This document shows positions 50,824-58,779 of a DNA stretch of 64,000 nucleotides, in pieces (the stretch's first letter is position 1; each line of letters opens with the position of its first letter). Source of the stretch: Vulcanimicrobiota bacterium (GTDB taxonomy: Bacteria; Vulcanimicrobiota; Vulcanimicrobiia; Vulcanimicrobiales; Vulcanimicrobiaceae). The stretch spans positions 544,001 through 608,000 of the forward strand of contig OY968762.1 of the NCBI GenBank assembly GCA_963695225.1, written 5' to 3'. Below the pieces are notes generated by a model. It was not told the origin of the DNA and did not search any database. It saw nothing but the letters and a program-made list of their open reading frames with translations. A program made the position numbers and the translations under genes.

Positions 50824-51421
50824 GCAGGCGCACGACGCGTTCCAGCGCTGCGAGCGCGCGCATGCCGTCGCGCGCGAAACGCGCCGCCGCGAACGGCCGG
50901 CGCGCGAACGCCAGGGCCACGCGTTCTGGCCGCAGCATCCCCGCCGCGTCGATCGCGCGGCCGAGCGGCGGCAGATCGTGGAGCGCATCGTCGCTGACGA
51001 CCCGCACCATCGAGAAACGAATCCCCTTCGCCTCGAGTGCGGCGGCCAGCGACGTTCCCTCCATGTCGACGACCGAGGCCCCCGTCCGCAGCCCGAGTTC
51101 GCGCTTCTCGCGCGCCGACGTCACGATGTGGTCCGAGGTGTACGCAACGGCGCGAACCGACCCGGCCAGCGCGGCGGCCGGCGCCGCGTCGCACCGATAG
51201 CGGCGCGCGTCGTCGATGACCGCTTCGTAGACGACGACCGTCTCCGGCGCCAGCGGCGCAAGCGCGCCGCAGAGGCCGGCTACGATGACGCGTTCGGCCG
51301 AGAGATCGGCGGGAAGTGCTTCGCCGGCGCGCGCGCCCGCGGGCAGCGCGCAGACTCGCACGCCGGCACGGCGCGCCGCAGCCTCCTCCGCGCCGCGCGG
51401 AACCAGGAAGAGCGCGTTCAT
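50804..51421 (-). CDS. hpnG: Nucleoside phosphorylase-like protein, HpnG-like
   Basis: AGLCGAL, VVDMEG, VRVVSD...DLP; hopanoid gene context. Confidence 0.75.
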   Translation of the reverse strand: MNALFLVPRGAEEAAARRAGVRVCALPAGARAGEALPADLSAERVIVAGLCGALAPLAPETVVVYEAVIDDARRYRCDAAPAAALAGSVRAVAYTSDHIVTSAREKRELGLRTGASVVDMEGTSLAAALEAKGIRFSMVRVVSDDALHDLPPLGRAIDAAGMLRPERVALAFARRPFAAARFARDGMRALAALERVVRLLSALPG

Positions 51422-52659
51422 GGCCCGTCGAGTTCCGCGACGGGATCCCGCCGCATCACCGGGAGCGCGGCAGCTGCGCGCGTACGCGCGCCGATCCGTA
51501 GCACGGTCAGCGAGCCGAGTGCGAAACAAACGCCCGCGCAACTGAACAAGTTACGGAATCCGACCTGCGCGTTCGGGGCGTGGGAGAGGACGAACGCCCC
51601 GACGATCGGCGCGGCGATCATCGGCAGGTTGGAGACCGTAGCCCAAATCCCGAGGTCGCGCGCGATGTCGCCGAGTTCGGGGATCGCGTCGAGCGCGAGC
51701 GCCCAACCAACCGAGAAGACGGCTCCGAACCCGAGACCGAACAAGATGGCGTACCCGAAGATGAAGCGAAGGTCGGGGAACGCCGCGAAACCGATGGCGG
51801 AGAGCGTCATCGGAATGCCGGCGACGGCCACGACGAGCCGCCGGTCGATGCGATCGGAAAGGACGCCCGCGAGGATGCTCGAGAGGATCGCGCCGAGAAG
51901 CGCGGACCCCGCGACGAACCCCGTCTCGAGCGACGCGTTGCGAACGCCGAGTACGTCGGTGAAGAAATACAGCACGTACGTGTTGAGCAACGCCATCCCG
52001 AGGATGATGAATCCGCGCGCGATCACGGTCACGATCAGGTCGTGGCGGTCGCGGACCTTCGCGTGCTCGGCATGCTCGGTGCCGCGTGCCGGAACGACGC
52101 CCAGCGAAAGCGCTCCCGCTACGACGACCGCCGCGGTGATCGCGAGGGCGGCATTCGCCGCCAGCAAGCCCGCGGCCGCAAGGCCGAAGACCGTGCCGAG
52201 CAGCGTGAGCGCGCCGCGCACGCCGGTCGCCGTGCCCCACGCGCTGCGCGGCGTAAGTTCGGGTAGCAGCGCTTGGTAGATCGTCGTCGCGGCGGTCAGG
52301 GCGATCGTCGCAACGACCAATCCGAGCCCCACCTGCCAGGTCGTCGTCGCGAAGATCAAGGCCCCGATCGCGAGCGCGTCGACGATCAGCGCGATGCCGG
52401 TTTCGATGCGCCGGTCGCCGCCGCGCCGTTGCTCGCGATCCGAGAACGCGCCGGCGATCGGCGGCACGATCGTCCCCGCGACCGCGGCGAGCGTCGTGAG
52501 AACCGCTAGCGCCCAGACGTGCCCCGCCGGATCGATGCGCAGCAAGACCGCCGGAATGACGATCGCGAGCAAGGCGCCTTCTTGGAACTGAACCGCGACC
52601 CACAGCGCATTGAGTGCGACGTGGAAGCGAACGCCCGGCCGGGACTCAGTTGCCGCCAC
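51418..52659 (-). CDS. MFS transporter
   Basis: About 12 TM helices; GAFSDR and GVLSDRIDRR motif-A loops. Confidence 0.88.
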   Translation of the reverse strand: MAATESRPGVRFHVALNALWVAVQFQEGALLAIVIPAVLLRIDPAGHVWALAVLTTLAAVAGTIVPPIAGAFSDREQRRGGDRRIETGIALIVDALAIGALIFATTTWQVGLGLVVATIALTAATTIYQALLPELTPRSAWGTATGVRGALTLLGTVFGLAAAGLLAANAALAITAAVVVAGALSLGVVPARGTEHAEHAKVRDRHDLIVTVIARGFIILGMALLNTYVLYFFTDVLGVRNASLETGFVAGSALLGAILSSILAGVLSDRIDRRLVVAVAGIPMTLSAIGFAAFPDLRFIFGYAILFGLGFGAVFSVGWALALDAIPELGDIARDLGIWATVSNLPMIAAPIVGAFVLSHAPNAQVGFRNLFSCAGVCFALGSLTVLRIGARTRAAAALPVMRRDPVAELDGP

Positions 52660-53299
52660 TAGAAGGCGGGCGATCCGCTGAGGCGCCGGCTTGGTTTGCG
52701 GCTTCTTCGGTTACGAGCTTGTAGTCCTCGAACCTAGCCTGGGCGAGCACGTGGTAGCCGGGAACTTTGATTTCCGCATTCTCGGTCTTCGGTAAGGGAA
52801 AGCCGTCGATGCGCGAGGGATTGACTTCGACCGCGATCCAGCCGCCGTTGAGGTAATTCCACTGCACGCGGCGCAAGCCATCGTCGTCGATCTCGGCGGC
52901 GACGTTCTTGAGATGCCCTTTGTCGTGGGCCATCATCAGCAAATGAAACCGGTCGCCGACTTTTTGAACGTCCGTGAAATCGTACGTCTCTTTCCACTTC
53001 GAGGGTTCGAGCGGGTCGAGGTTGATGTTCTCCCAACCCTTCCCGAACCACGGCACGTGATGGAAATGAATCGAAAAGAGATCGGGCTTCTTGAACGAGC
53101 CGTCGCCGTCGAGGTGGATGCCGATGTACGGGAAGGTCTTGAGCTTGAAGTCGACGTGGATCTTAAACGTGTACGATTGGAGCGGCGCCATGCGCGCCGC
53201 CGAGCTCGCTATGACTTGGGACGCCTCGTCGGCCGGCGCGCTTCCCAAGAGCGCGACGGTCGCCACGAGCGCAAACATACCCCGCAACAAACCCCGCAT
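52646..53299 (-). CDS. Secreted protein, possibly LolA-like fold
   Basis: Signal peptide; helix then LQSYTFKIHVDF; beta-strand-rich body ending ARFEDYKL. Confidence 0.65.
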   Translation of the reverse strand: MRGLLRGMFALVATVALLGSAPADEASQVIASSAARMAPLQSYTFKIHVDFKLKTFPYIGIHLDGDGSFKKPDLFSIHFHHVPWFGKGWENINLDPLEPSKWKETYDFTDVQKVGDRFHLLMMAHDKGHLKNVAAEIDDDGLRRVQWNYLNGGWIAVEVNPSRIDGFPLPKTENAEIKVPGYHVLAQARFEDYKLVTEEAANQAGASADRPPSSGGN

Positions 53300-53426
53300 A
53301 GCTTCCGTGTCTTCGTGATTCGAACGACCGTTGCCCTCGTTTCGGCGGGGATTCGCGCGCTTGGAGCCTCCGGCGCCTCGCGGGCGCGCGGTTGAGGGCC
53401 TGTGCTGCGACGGCTCTCGGATGCCG

Positions 53427-53466
53427 AAAAGTGAAAGCGCCCTCGCTCTCGCGAGGACGCTTTCGC
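53427..53466 (-). terminator. Rho-independent terminator of the NlpC/P60 gene
   Basis: Minus strand reads GAAAGCGTCCTCGC-GAGA-GCGAGGGCGCTTTC-ACTTTT. Confidence 0.75.
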
Positions 53467-53507
53467 GTTCCGATGACCCTTACGTCTCAGACGGAACGCA
53501 AACCCCT

Positions 53508-54200
53508 TTAGCGCTGCGCGAGGAAGCGCTTCGCGCCGAGGTAACGGCTAGCCCAATAACTATCGTTGAGCCGGCTGATCATGACGCCGTGGCTCGAACT
53601 GTGAATGAACCGTCCGTCGCCGACGTAGATGCCGACGTGCGACGGCCCGGGCTCGTACGTCTGGAAGAACACGAGATCTCCGACGACCATCTGATCGGTG
53701 ATCCTGTGCCCCGCGTAGTACTGAGCGTCGGCCGTGCGCGGCAAGTGGATGCCGAGCATCGCGAAAACGTGCTGCGTGTAGCCGGAGCAATCGAAGCCGC
53801 TCGGCGACGTGCCACCGAAGACGTACGGCGTCCCGATGTAGCGCATCGCGTTGCGCGTGAGCGACTGAGCGATCGACGACGTGCGGTCGATCAAGCGGCT
53901 GGCGATCTTGTTGATCTGCGCCGAGGCCGAGGACGGCGCGGCGGTCCACATCGGAACGTCGGGCGCGTCGACGATCGGGCTCTCGGCCTCCGCGTCGGCG
54001 GCGGCGTCCGCAGGCGTTGCGATCGCGACGTTCGCGGCGCTCGCGGCGCCGCCGTCGGGCCGAATGGTGGCGTCAACGGACGCTTGATGCGGAACTGAGG
54101 GCGTGACCGCGGCGGCTGCATCGTGCGTGCGCGCGTCGCTCGGGGCGGCGATCAGGGCGAGCGCCCCAACCAAGGCGGCGACCGAAACTGAACGGATCAA
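53508..54200 (-). CDS. NlpC/P60 (C40) peptidoglycan endopeptidase, secreted
   Basis: Signal peptide; GTPYVFGGTSPSGFDCSG, LPRTA..Q, GDLVFF, HVGIY, FIHSS. Confidence 0.94.
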   Translation of the reverse strand: MIRSVSVAALVGALALIAAPSDARTHDAAAAVTPSVPHQASVDATIRPDGGAASAANVAIATPADAAADAEAESPIVDAPDVPMWTAAPSSASAQINKIASRLIDRTSSIAQSLTRNAMRYIGTPYVFGGTSPSGFDCSGYTQHVFAMLGIHLPRTADAQYYAGHRITDQMVVGDLVFFQTYEPGPSHVGIYVGDGRFIHSSSHGVMISRLNDSYWASRYLGAKRFLAQR

Positions 54201-54209
54201 AAGAGCTCC

Positions 54210-54335
54210 TCATCGACGCTTGCGAGGTTAGTTGACGGGTTCGGACGGGAAGCTCGCCCGCGCGCCGACCGGCGCGTTCACCCCACCGTGGAATCCCCCG
54301 CTCCGGGCATCAGCCCGGATTCAGCGTTCTCGGTT
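54210..54335 (-). promoter_or_regulatory. Cyclic di-AMP (ydaO/yuaA) riboswitch
   Basis: Minus strand carries the conserved ydaO blocks in order: CGCTGAATCC...GGAGCGGGGGATTCCA..TGGGGTGAA...CGGG...CCCGTCCGAACCCGTCAACTAACCTCGCAAGCG, followed immediately by SD GAGGAG. Confidence 0.9.
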
Positions 54336-54346
54336 CGGGAAAAGTC

Positions 54347-54378
54347 AAATTACCAACAGGCGGAACCTGTGGATAATT
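54347..54378. promoter_or_regulatory. Promoter region with inverted DnaA-box pair
   Basis: Perfect TGTGGATAA at 54368-54376 and degenerate TTACCAACA at 54350-54358; minus-strand extended -10 TGGTAATTT. Confidence 0.5.
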
Positions 54379-54464
54379 ACCTGGGTCCCCAAAGTCGGGC
54401 ATCCAGGTCTTCCGTTCATTTTCTATCGGCGTGCGATTCCCTACCTAACCTTGCTCGGCTTCGT

Positions 54465-55817
54465 TCAGGAGGCCGCCTCCCGGATCGCGCGCGCCACTTC
54501 GGCGGCCAAGAGGCCGATTTGCGCGTGGTCGTCGCCCTCCATCATCACCCGGACGAGAGGCTCCGTCCCCGACGGCCGCACGAGCACGCGGCCGCTTGCT
54601 CCGAGCGCTTCTTCCGCCGCCGCGATCGCCGCCAGCACGCGCGCGTCGTTCGCGAAGCCGTTCTTGCGGCCGACGCGAACGTTCACGAGGATCTGCGGCG
54701 CGACGTGCAAGCGCGAAGCGAGCGCTCGCAAGCTCGTGCGTTCGCGCGCGACGATCGAGAGCAGCAGCACCGCGGTCATCGGACCGTCGCCGGTCGTGTT
54801 GCGCGTCAGGTCGATGATGTGACCCGATTGCTCGCCGCCGAGGGAATAGCCGTCTGCGAGCATCCGCTCGAGCACGTACCGATCGCCGACCGCCGCGCGC
54901 ACGAGGTGCAGACCCGATTCGGCGAGCGCGCGCTCCAGACCGATGTTGCTCATGACGGTTCCGACGATGCCCTCGCCGCGGAGCGTCCCCGCCGCGCGCG
55001 CTCGCTCCGCCAGGATCATCATCACGTGATCGCCGTTCAGCGCTTTGCCCGTTTCGTCGACGAAGAGCGCGCGATCAGCGTCGCCGTCGAACGCGACGCC
55101 GACGACGTGCGCCGCCGGATCCGCCGCGGCGACGTCGCGGACGCGCGCGCAGAGCGCGGTCAGATCGGTCGCGCCGCACGCGACGTTGATGCGCGCGCCG
55201 TCGTTCTCCGCATGCATCGCAACGACGTTCGCACCGAGCTCGGCAAGGACACGCGGCCCGATCTCGTATGCGGCGCCGTAGGCCGCATCGACGACGACCG
55301 TGAGGCCGGCAAGGCCGGTCCCCGCGTCGCGCAGCGCGGCCGCGTATTTCTCGACGAGTCCCGGAGCCGAACGGGCGATCCCGACGCCCGCGTGGGTCGG
55401 CCGCGGCAGATCGGGCGCATCGAGCCGGGCTTCGATTTCCGCTTCGTCGGCGTCGCTGAGCTTGAATCCGTCGCGGCCGAAGAACTTGAGCCCGTTGTCC
55501 TCGATCGGGTTGTGCGAGGCGCTGATGACGACGCCCGCGGCAGCTTCGATGGCGCGCGTCACGAGCGCCACGCCGGGCGTCGGGACGATCCCGAGCGAGA
55601 GTGCGTCGCGCCCAGTGGACGTGATCCCGGCGACGACGGCGGCTTCCAGCATCGTGCCCGAGAGCCGCGTATCGCGGCCGATCACGATCGGACGGTCGGG
55701 CGCGTGTCCGTGTGCGATGACGGCGGCCGCGGCGCGCCCCACGCTGAAGGCGAGTTCCGGCGTCAGATCGAGGTTGGCGACGCCGCGCACGCCGTCGGTT
55801 CCGAAGATGCGAGCCAC
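54465..55817 (-). CDS. glmM: Phosphoglucosamine mutase
   Basis: IFGTDGVRG, SASHNP, FDGDADR, GGEQSGH, RPSGTEPLVRVM. Confidence 0.96.
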   Translation of the reverse strand: MARIFGTDGVRGVANLDLTPELAFSVGRAAAAVIAHGHAPDRPIVIGRDTRLSGTMLEAAVVAGITSTGRDALSLGIVPTPGVALVTRAIEAAAGVVISASHNPIEDNGLKFFGRDGFKLSDADEAEIEARLDAPDLPRPTHAGVGIARSAPGLVEKYAAALRDAGTGLAGLTVVVDAAYGAAYEIGPRVLAELGANVVAMHAENDGARINVACGATDLTALCARVRDVAAADPAAHVVGVAFDGDADRALFVDETGKALNGDHVMMILAERARAAGTLRGEGIVGTVMSNIGLERALAESGLHLVRAAVGDRYVLERMLADGYSLGGEQSGHIIDLTRNTTGDGPMTAVLLLSIVARERTSLRALASRLHVAPQILVNVRVGRKNGFANDARVLAAIAAAEEALGASGRVLVRPSGTEPLVRVMMEGDDHAQIGLLAAEVARAIREAAS

Positions 55818-55818
55818 G

Positions 55819-56487
55819 CTATTTCCTCTTGACTCCGGGCAGGAAGTGCGCGCGGACGCGCACGAGGTTCGGCGAGACGGTGACCGCGTCGAGCGCCGCG
55901 CCGCGCGCATCGACGGGGACGGGACGCTGCATCTCGTCGATCGCGCTCTCGCCCGGCGGGAGCGCGACGTCGACGTGCGCGCTCTCGATCCGGGCGAGAT
56001 CGCTCGTGACGCCGCGTGCCGTGACGCTCCGCGGAGCGAGCGCCACGGTATCGACGACGGTCCCGTAATGCCGGTCGTTGACGTAGTGGATCGCGACCGG
56101 AATGTTGCGCTCCTCGACCTTCTCGATCGAGAGCGTGACGGTCGTCGGCGAGATCGACTTGATTTGAAGGTGCGGCGCGACGACTTCGACCGGAACGTTG
56201 TAGACGCCGGGGCCCTTCCCTTCGAGGCTCAGCACGGCGCGCACGTCTTGCGGCTTGACGAGACCTCCGCCGCGCGGCGCCGCTATCGAGATCAGGGCTT
56301 CGCTGTCCGGATAACGCGCTTGCAGCCCGGGGAGTAGCCCGGCGGTGACGATCGGGACGCTCAGTTGCTGGTCGAAACGTGCCGCGATGATCGGCGCGGG
56401 CGCGAAGTGCAGGTAGCCCCAGGCGCCGCAGGCGAGCGCGACCGCGATCAGCTTGAGCTCCAGGTTGTTTCGGATGCGCTCAAGCAC
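55819..56487 (-). CDS. cdaR: CdaR/YbbR family regulator
   Basis: N-terminal TM helix (NNLELKLIAVALA..W) and YbbR-like repeats; lies between cdaA and glmM. Confidence 0.85.
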   Translation of the reverse strand: MLERIRNNLELKLIAVALACGAWGYLHFAPAPIIAARFDQQLSVPIVTAGLLPGLQARYPDSEALISIAAPRGGGLVKPQDVRAVLSLEGKGPGVYNVPVEVVAPHLQIKSISPTTVTLSIEKVEERNIPVAIHYVNDRHYGTVVDTVALAPRSVTARGVTSDLARIESAHVDVALPPGESAIDEMQRPVPVDARGAALDAVTVSPNLVRVRAHFLPGVKRK

Positions 56488-57334
56488 GCGGCTGCACCCA
56501 GCCGGGCGGGGTCGCATTGGCCTCGCCGCGTTTGGGCGCCTTGCGGCCCGGGCGCGGGAGGCGGCTCGTTTCGCAGAGCGCTACGAGGACGCTGCGCAAG
56601 CGGGCCTCATCGTCCAGGGCGCGCGAAATGCGGCCGCTCTGCGCGATCGAGATGCTCCCCGTCTCCTCGGAGACGATCACCACGACGGCGTCCGTCTGCT
56701 CGGTGAGACCGAGCGCGGCGCGGTGCCGCGTCCCTAGGTGCCGGTCGCCCGGGATGTTCTCGGAGAGCGGCAGGAAGCACCCGGCGGCTTCGATCGTGGC
56801 GTTGTGGATGATCACGGCCCCGTCGTGCAGCGGCGTGTTGCGCGCGAAGATCGTCAGCAGCAGATCGAGCGTCACCTTCGCGTCGAGCTTCGTCCCGCTT
56901 TCGACGAACTCGCGCAAGCCGGTCGTCTGTTGGATCGCTATCAGCGCGCCGACGCGCTCCCGCGCGAGCGCGAGCGCCGCGCGGGCGACGGTCGCGAGCG
57001 CCGCGTTGCGCGCCGCGCTTCCTTCGCTCGATTCCCGGCGTGGAAACAGGCCGCCGCGCCCGAGCGTCTCGAGCGCGCGGCGCAGCTCGGGTTGAAAGAC
57101 GATCGGGAGCGCGACGGCCGTTCCGAGCAGGACGACTTGCAGCACCGTCGCGAGGACGAGCAGGTGCAAGAGCGTGGCCACGCCGAGAAGCGCGAGCAGA
57201 ACGAGGAGTCCGAGCAGAATCTGCACGGCGCGCGTGCCGCGAATCAACAGCAGGATGTAGTAGATAAAGACGGCCGTCACCAGAACGTCGAGCGCGTCCA
57301 GCGGGGTCGGCCACATCCAGGAGAGCGCGTTCAT
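56480..57334 (-). CDS. cdaA: Diadenylate cyclase CdaA/DacA
   Basis: Three TM helices, IVFQPELRRALE, PLHDGA, GTRHRAA, VSEETG. Confidence 0.95.
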   Translation of the reverse strand: MNALSWMWPTPLDALDVLVTAVFIYYILLLIRGTRAVQILLGLLVLLALLGVATLLHLLVLATVLQVVLLGTAVALPIVFQPELRRALETLGRGGLFPRRESSEGSAARNAALATVARAALALARERVGALIAIQQTTGLREFVESGTKLDAKVTLDLLLTIFARNTPLHDGAVIIHNATIEAAGCFLPLSENIPGDRHLGTRHRAALGLTEQTDAVVVIVSEETGSISIAQSGRISRALDDEARLRSVLVALCETSRLPRPGRKAPKRGEANATPPGWVQPRA

Positions 57335-57876
57335 GCGCGCAACAACGGCTCCGCGTACGTCTCGATCAAGCGGCTCGCATCGAGGCCGTCCAACCCGAGA
57401 CGCGCGCCGGCGAAGCGCGCGAGCACGGCGTCCTCGAACGGAATGAGCGGGACGATCCGGCGCGGCCGGCCGCGCAATTCCGCATCGACGAGCGCGACGA
57501 CGAGATCGAGGGGCGTCACCTCGTCCTCGAGTTCGACGACGAGGCCCGTCGCGGTTCGCTCGCAGGAAACGATTCCGAGCGGGCGCCCCGCCCCTGCGAG
57601 CGCGTGCTCCAGCGCGGCAAGGCCCGCGCCGCCCGCGGGGATCACGTCGAGCACGACCAGCGGAGGCGCGTCTAGGCGCGCGCACCCCGTCGGCGCGAGC
57701 GCCGCGGCGGCGGGCGTCTCGCCCTCGTACTCGCAACGGAGATAGGTCCGCTCGAGCGGCCTCGCGAGGCTCCAGGAAGTCGGCGTCACCGCGAGAGAAA
57801 GCAGGACCGATGCAAGTGCCTCGCGCTCGCTCCCGGCAAGCACGCGATCGTAACGAAGGCTGAGCGCCCGTCTCAC
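57331..57876 (-). CDS. Hypothetical protein translationally coupled to cdaA
   Basis: Stop overlaps the cdaA ATG (ATGA); start GTG at 57876 or 57882. Confidence 0.7.
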   Translation of the reverse strand: MRRALSLRYDRVLAGSEREALASVLLSLAVTPTSWSLARPLERTYLRCEYEGETPAAAALAPTGCARLDAPPLVVLDVIPAGGAGLAALEHALAGAGRPLGIVSCERTATGLVVELEDEVTPLDLVVALVDAELRGRPRRIVPLIPFEDAVLARFAGARLGLDGLDASRLIETYAEPLLRA

Positions 57877-57899
57877 ACCCACGTCTTTCGCCCAACTCC

Positions 57900-58772
57900 A
57901 TGGATGAGTCCCGTCGCGCGCGCGTCGTCGGCGTCGGCCGGAATGCGGCCTGGGTCGCATTCGAGGGCGAACACGAATTGCGCGTCGCCGACATTCCCAA
58001 GCGCCTGGAGCGTCTGCACCTCGTCCCGGGGGACCTCGTGCGGGCCCGTCCGCTCGAAGACGAGCGCGTCGTGATCGAATCGCGGGACGAGCGTTCGTTC
58101 ACGCTCGAACGCACGACGGGGGGAGGGCGCCGCAAGACGATGGCCGCGAACGTCGATACGCTCGCGATCGTCGCGGCGTTCGAACGCCCGCCGCTCCACC
58201 CGGCGATGATCGACGAACTGCTCGTCTTCGCCGAGACCCATCGGCTGCGGGCGGTCCTGTTGTTCACGAAGCCGGATCTCGCCGACCCACGCCGGGTCGA
58301 GGCGCTGCTCTCCCTGTACCGGGGCCTCGGATACCCGGCGCTCGCGATCAATCCGAAGGCCGGGGAGATCGAAGGGGTCGTCGGCCAACTCGAGGGGCGA
58401 CATACCCTCTTGATCGGACAATCGGGCGTGGGGAAAAGCTCGCTCTTCCGCGCGCTCGGCGGGGATACGCTCGTCGGCGAAGTGTCGAAGATCGGGCGCG
58501 GGCGTCAAACGACGACGAGCGCGCGCCTGCACCACTTCGGCGCGGGATTCTTGATCGACAGCCCCGGCGTCGGCGAATTCGAGGTTCTCGGCCGCCCTTG
58601 GGAGGAGAGCGCGAGCGGATTCGTCGAGTTCGCGCCCTTTCTCGGGACGTGCCGCTTCCGGGATTGCAGCCATCGGCACGAACCGGACTGCGCGGTCAAG
58701 GCCGCCGTCCTCGACGGGCGGATCGCCCGCAGCCGCTACGACAGCTACCGGACGATCGTCGACCGGACCTGA
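57900..58772 (+). CDS. rsgA: Ribosome small subunit-dependent GTPase A
   Basis: AANVD, TKPD, GQSGVGKSS, GRQTTT, DSPG, CRFRDCSHRHEPDC. Confidence 0.95.
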   Translation: MDESRRARVVGVGRNAAWVAFEGEHELRVADIPKRLERLHLVPGDLVRARPLEDERVVIESRDERSFTLERTTGGGRRKTMAANVDTLAIVAAFERPPLHPAMIDELLVFAETHRLRAVLLFTKPDLADPRRVEALLSLYRGLGYPALAINPKAGEIEGVVGQLEGRHTLLIGQSGVGKSSLFRALGGDTLVGEVSKIGRGRQTTTSARLHHFGAGFLIDSPGVGEFEVLGRPWEESASGFVEFAPFLGTCRFRDCSHRHEPDCAVKAAVLDGRIARSRYDSYRTIVDRT

Positions 58773-58779
58773 GGGCGTC

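Noticed and set aside
54350..54376. oriC, suggested by the DnaA box
   Set aside because: Only one perfect and one degenerate box, no extended unwinding element, and no dnaA/dnaN context.
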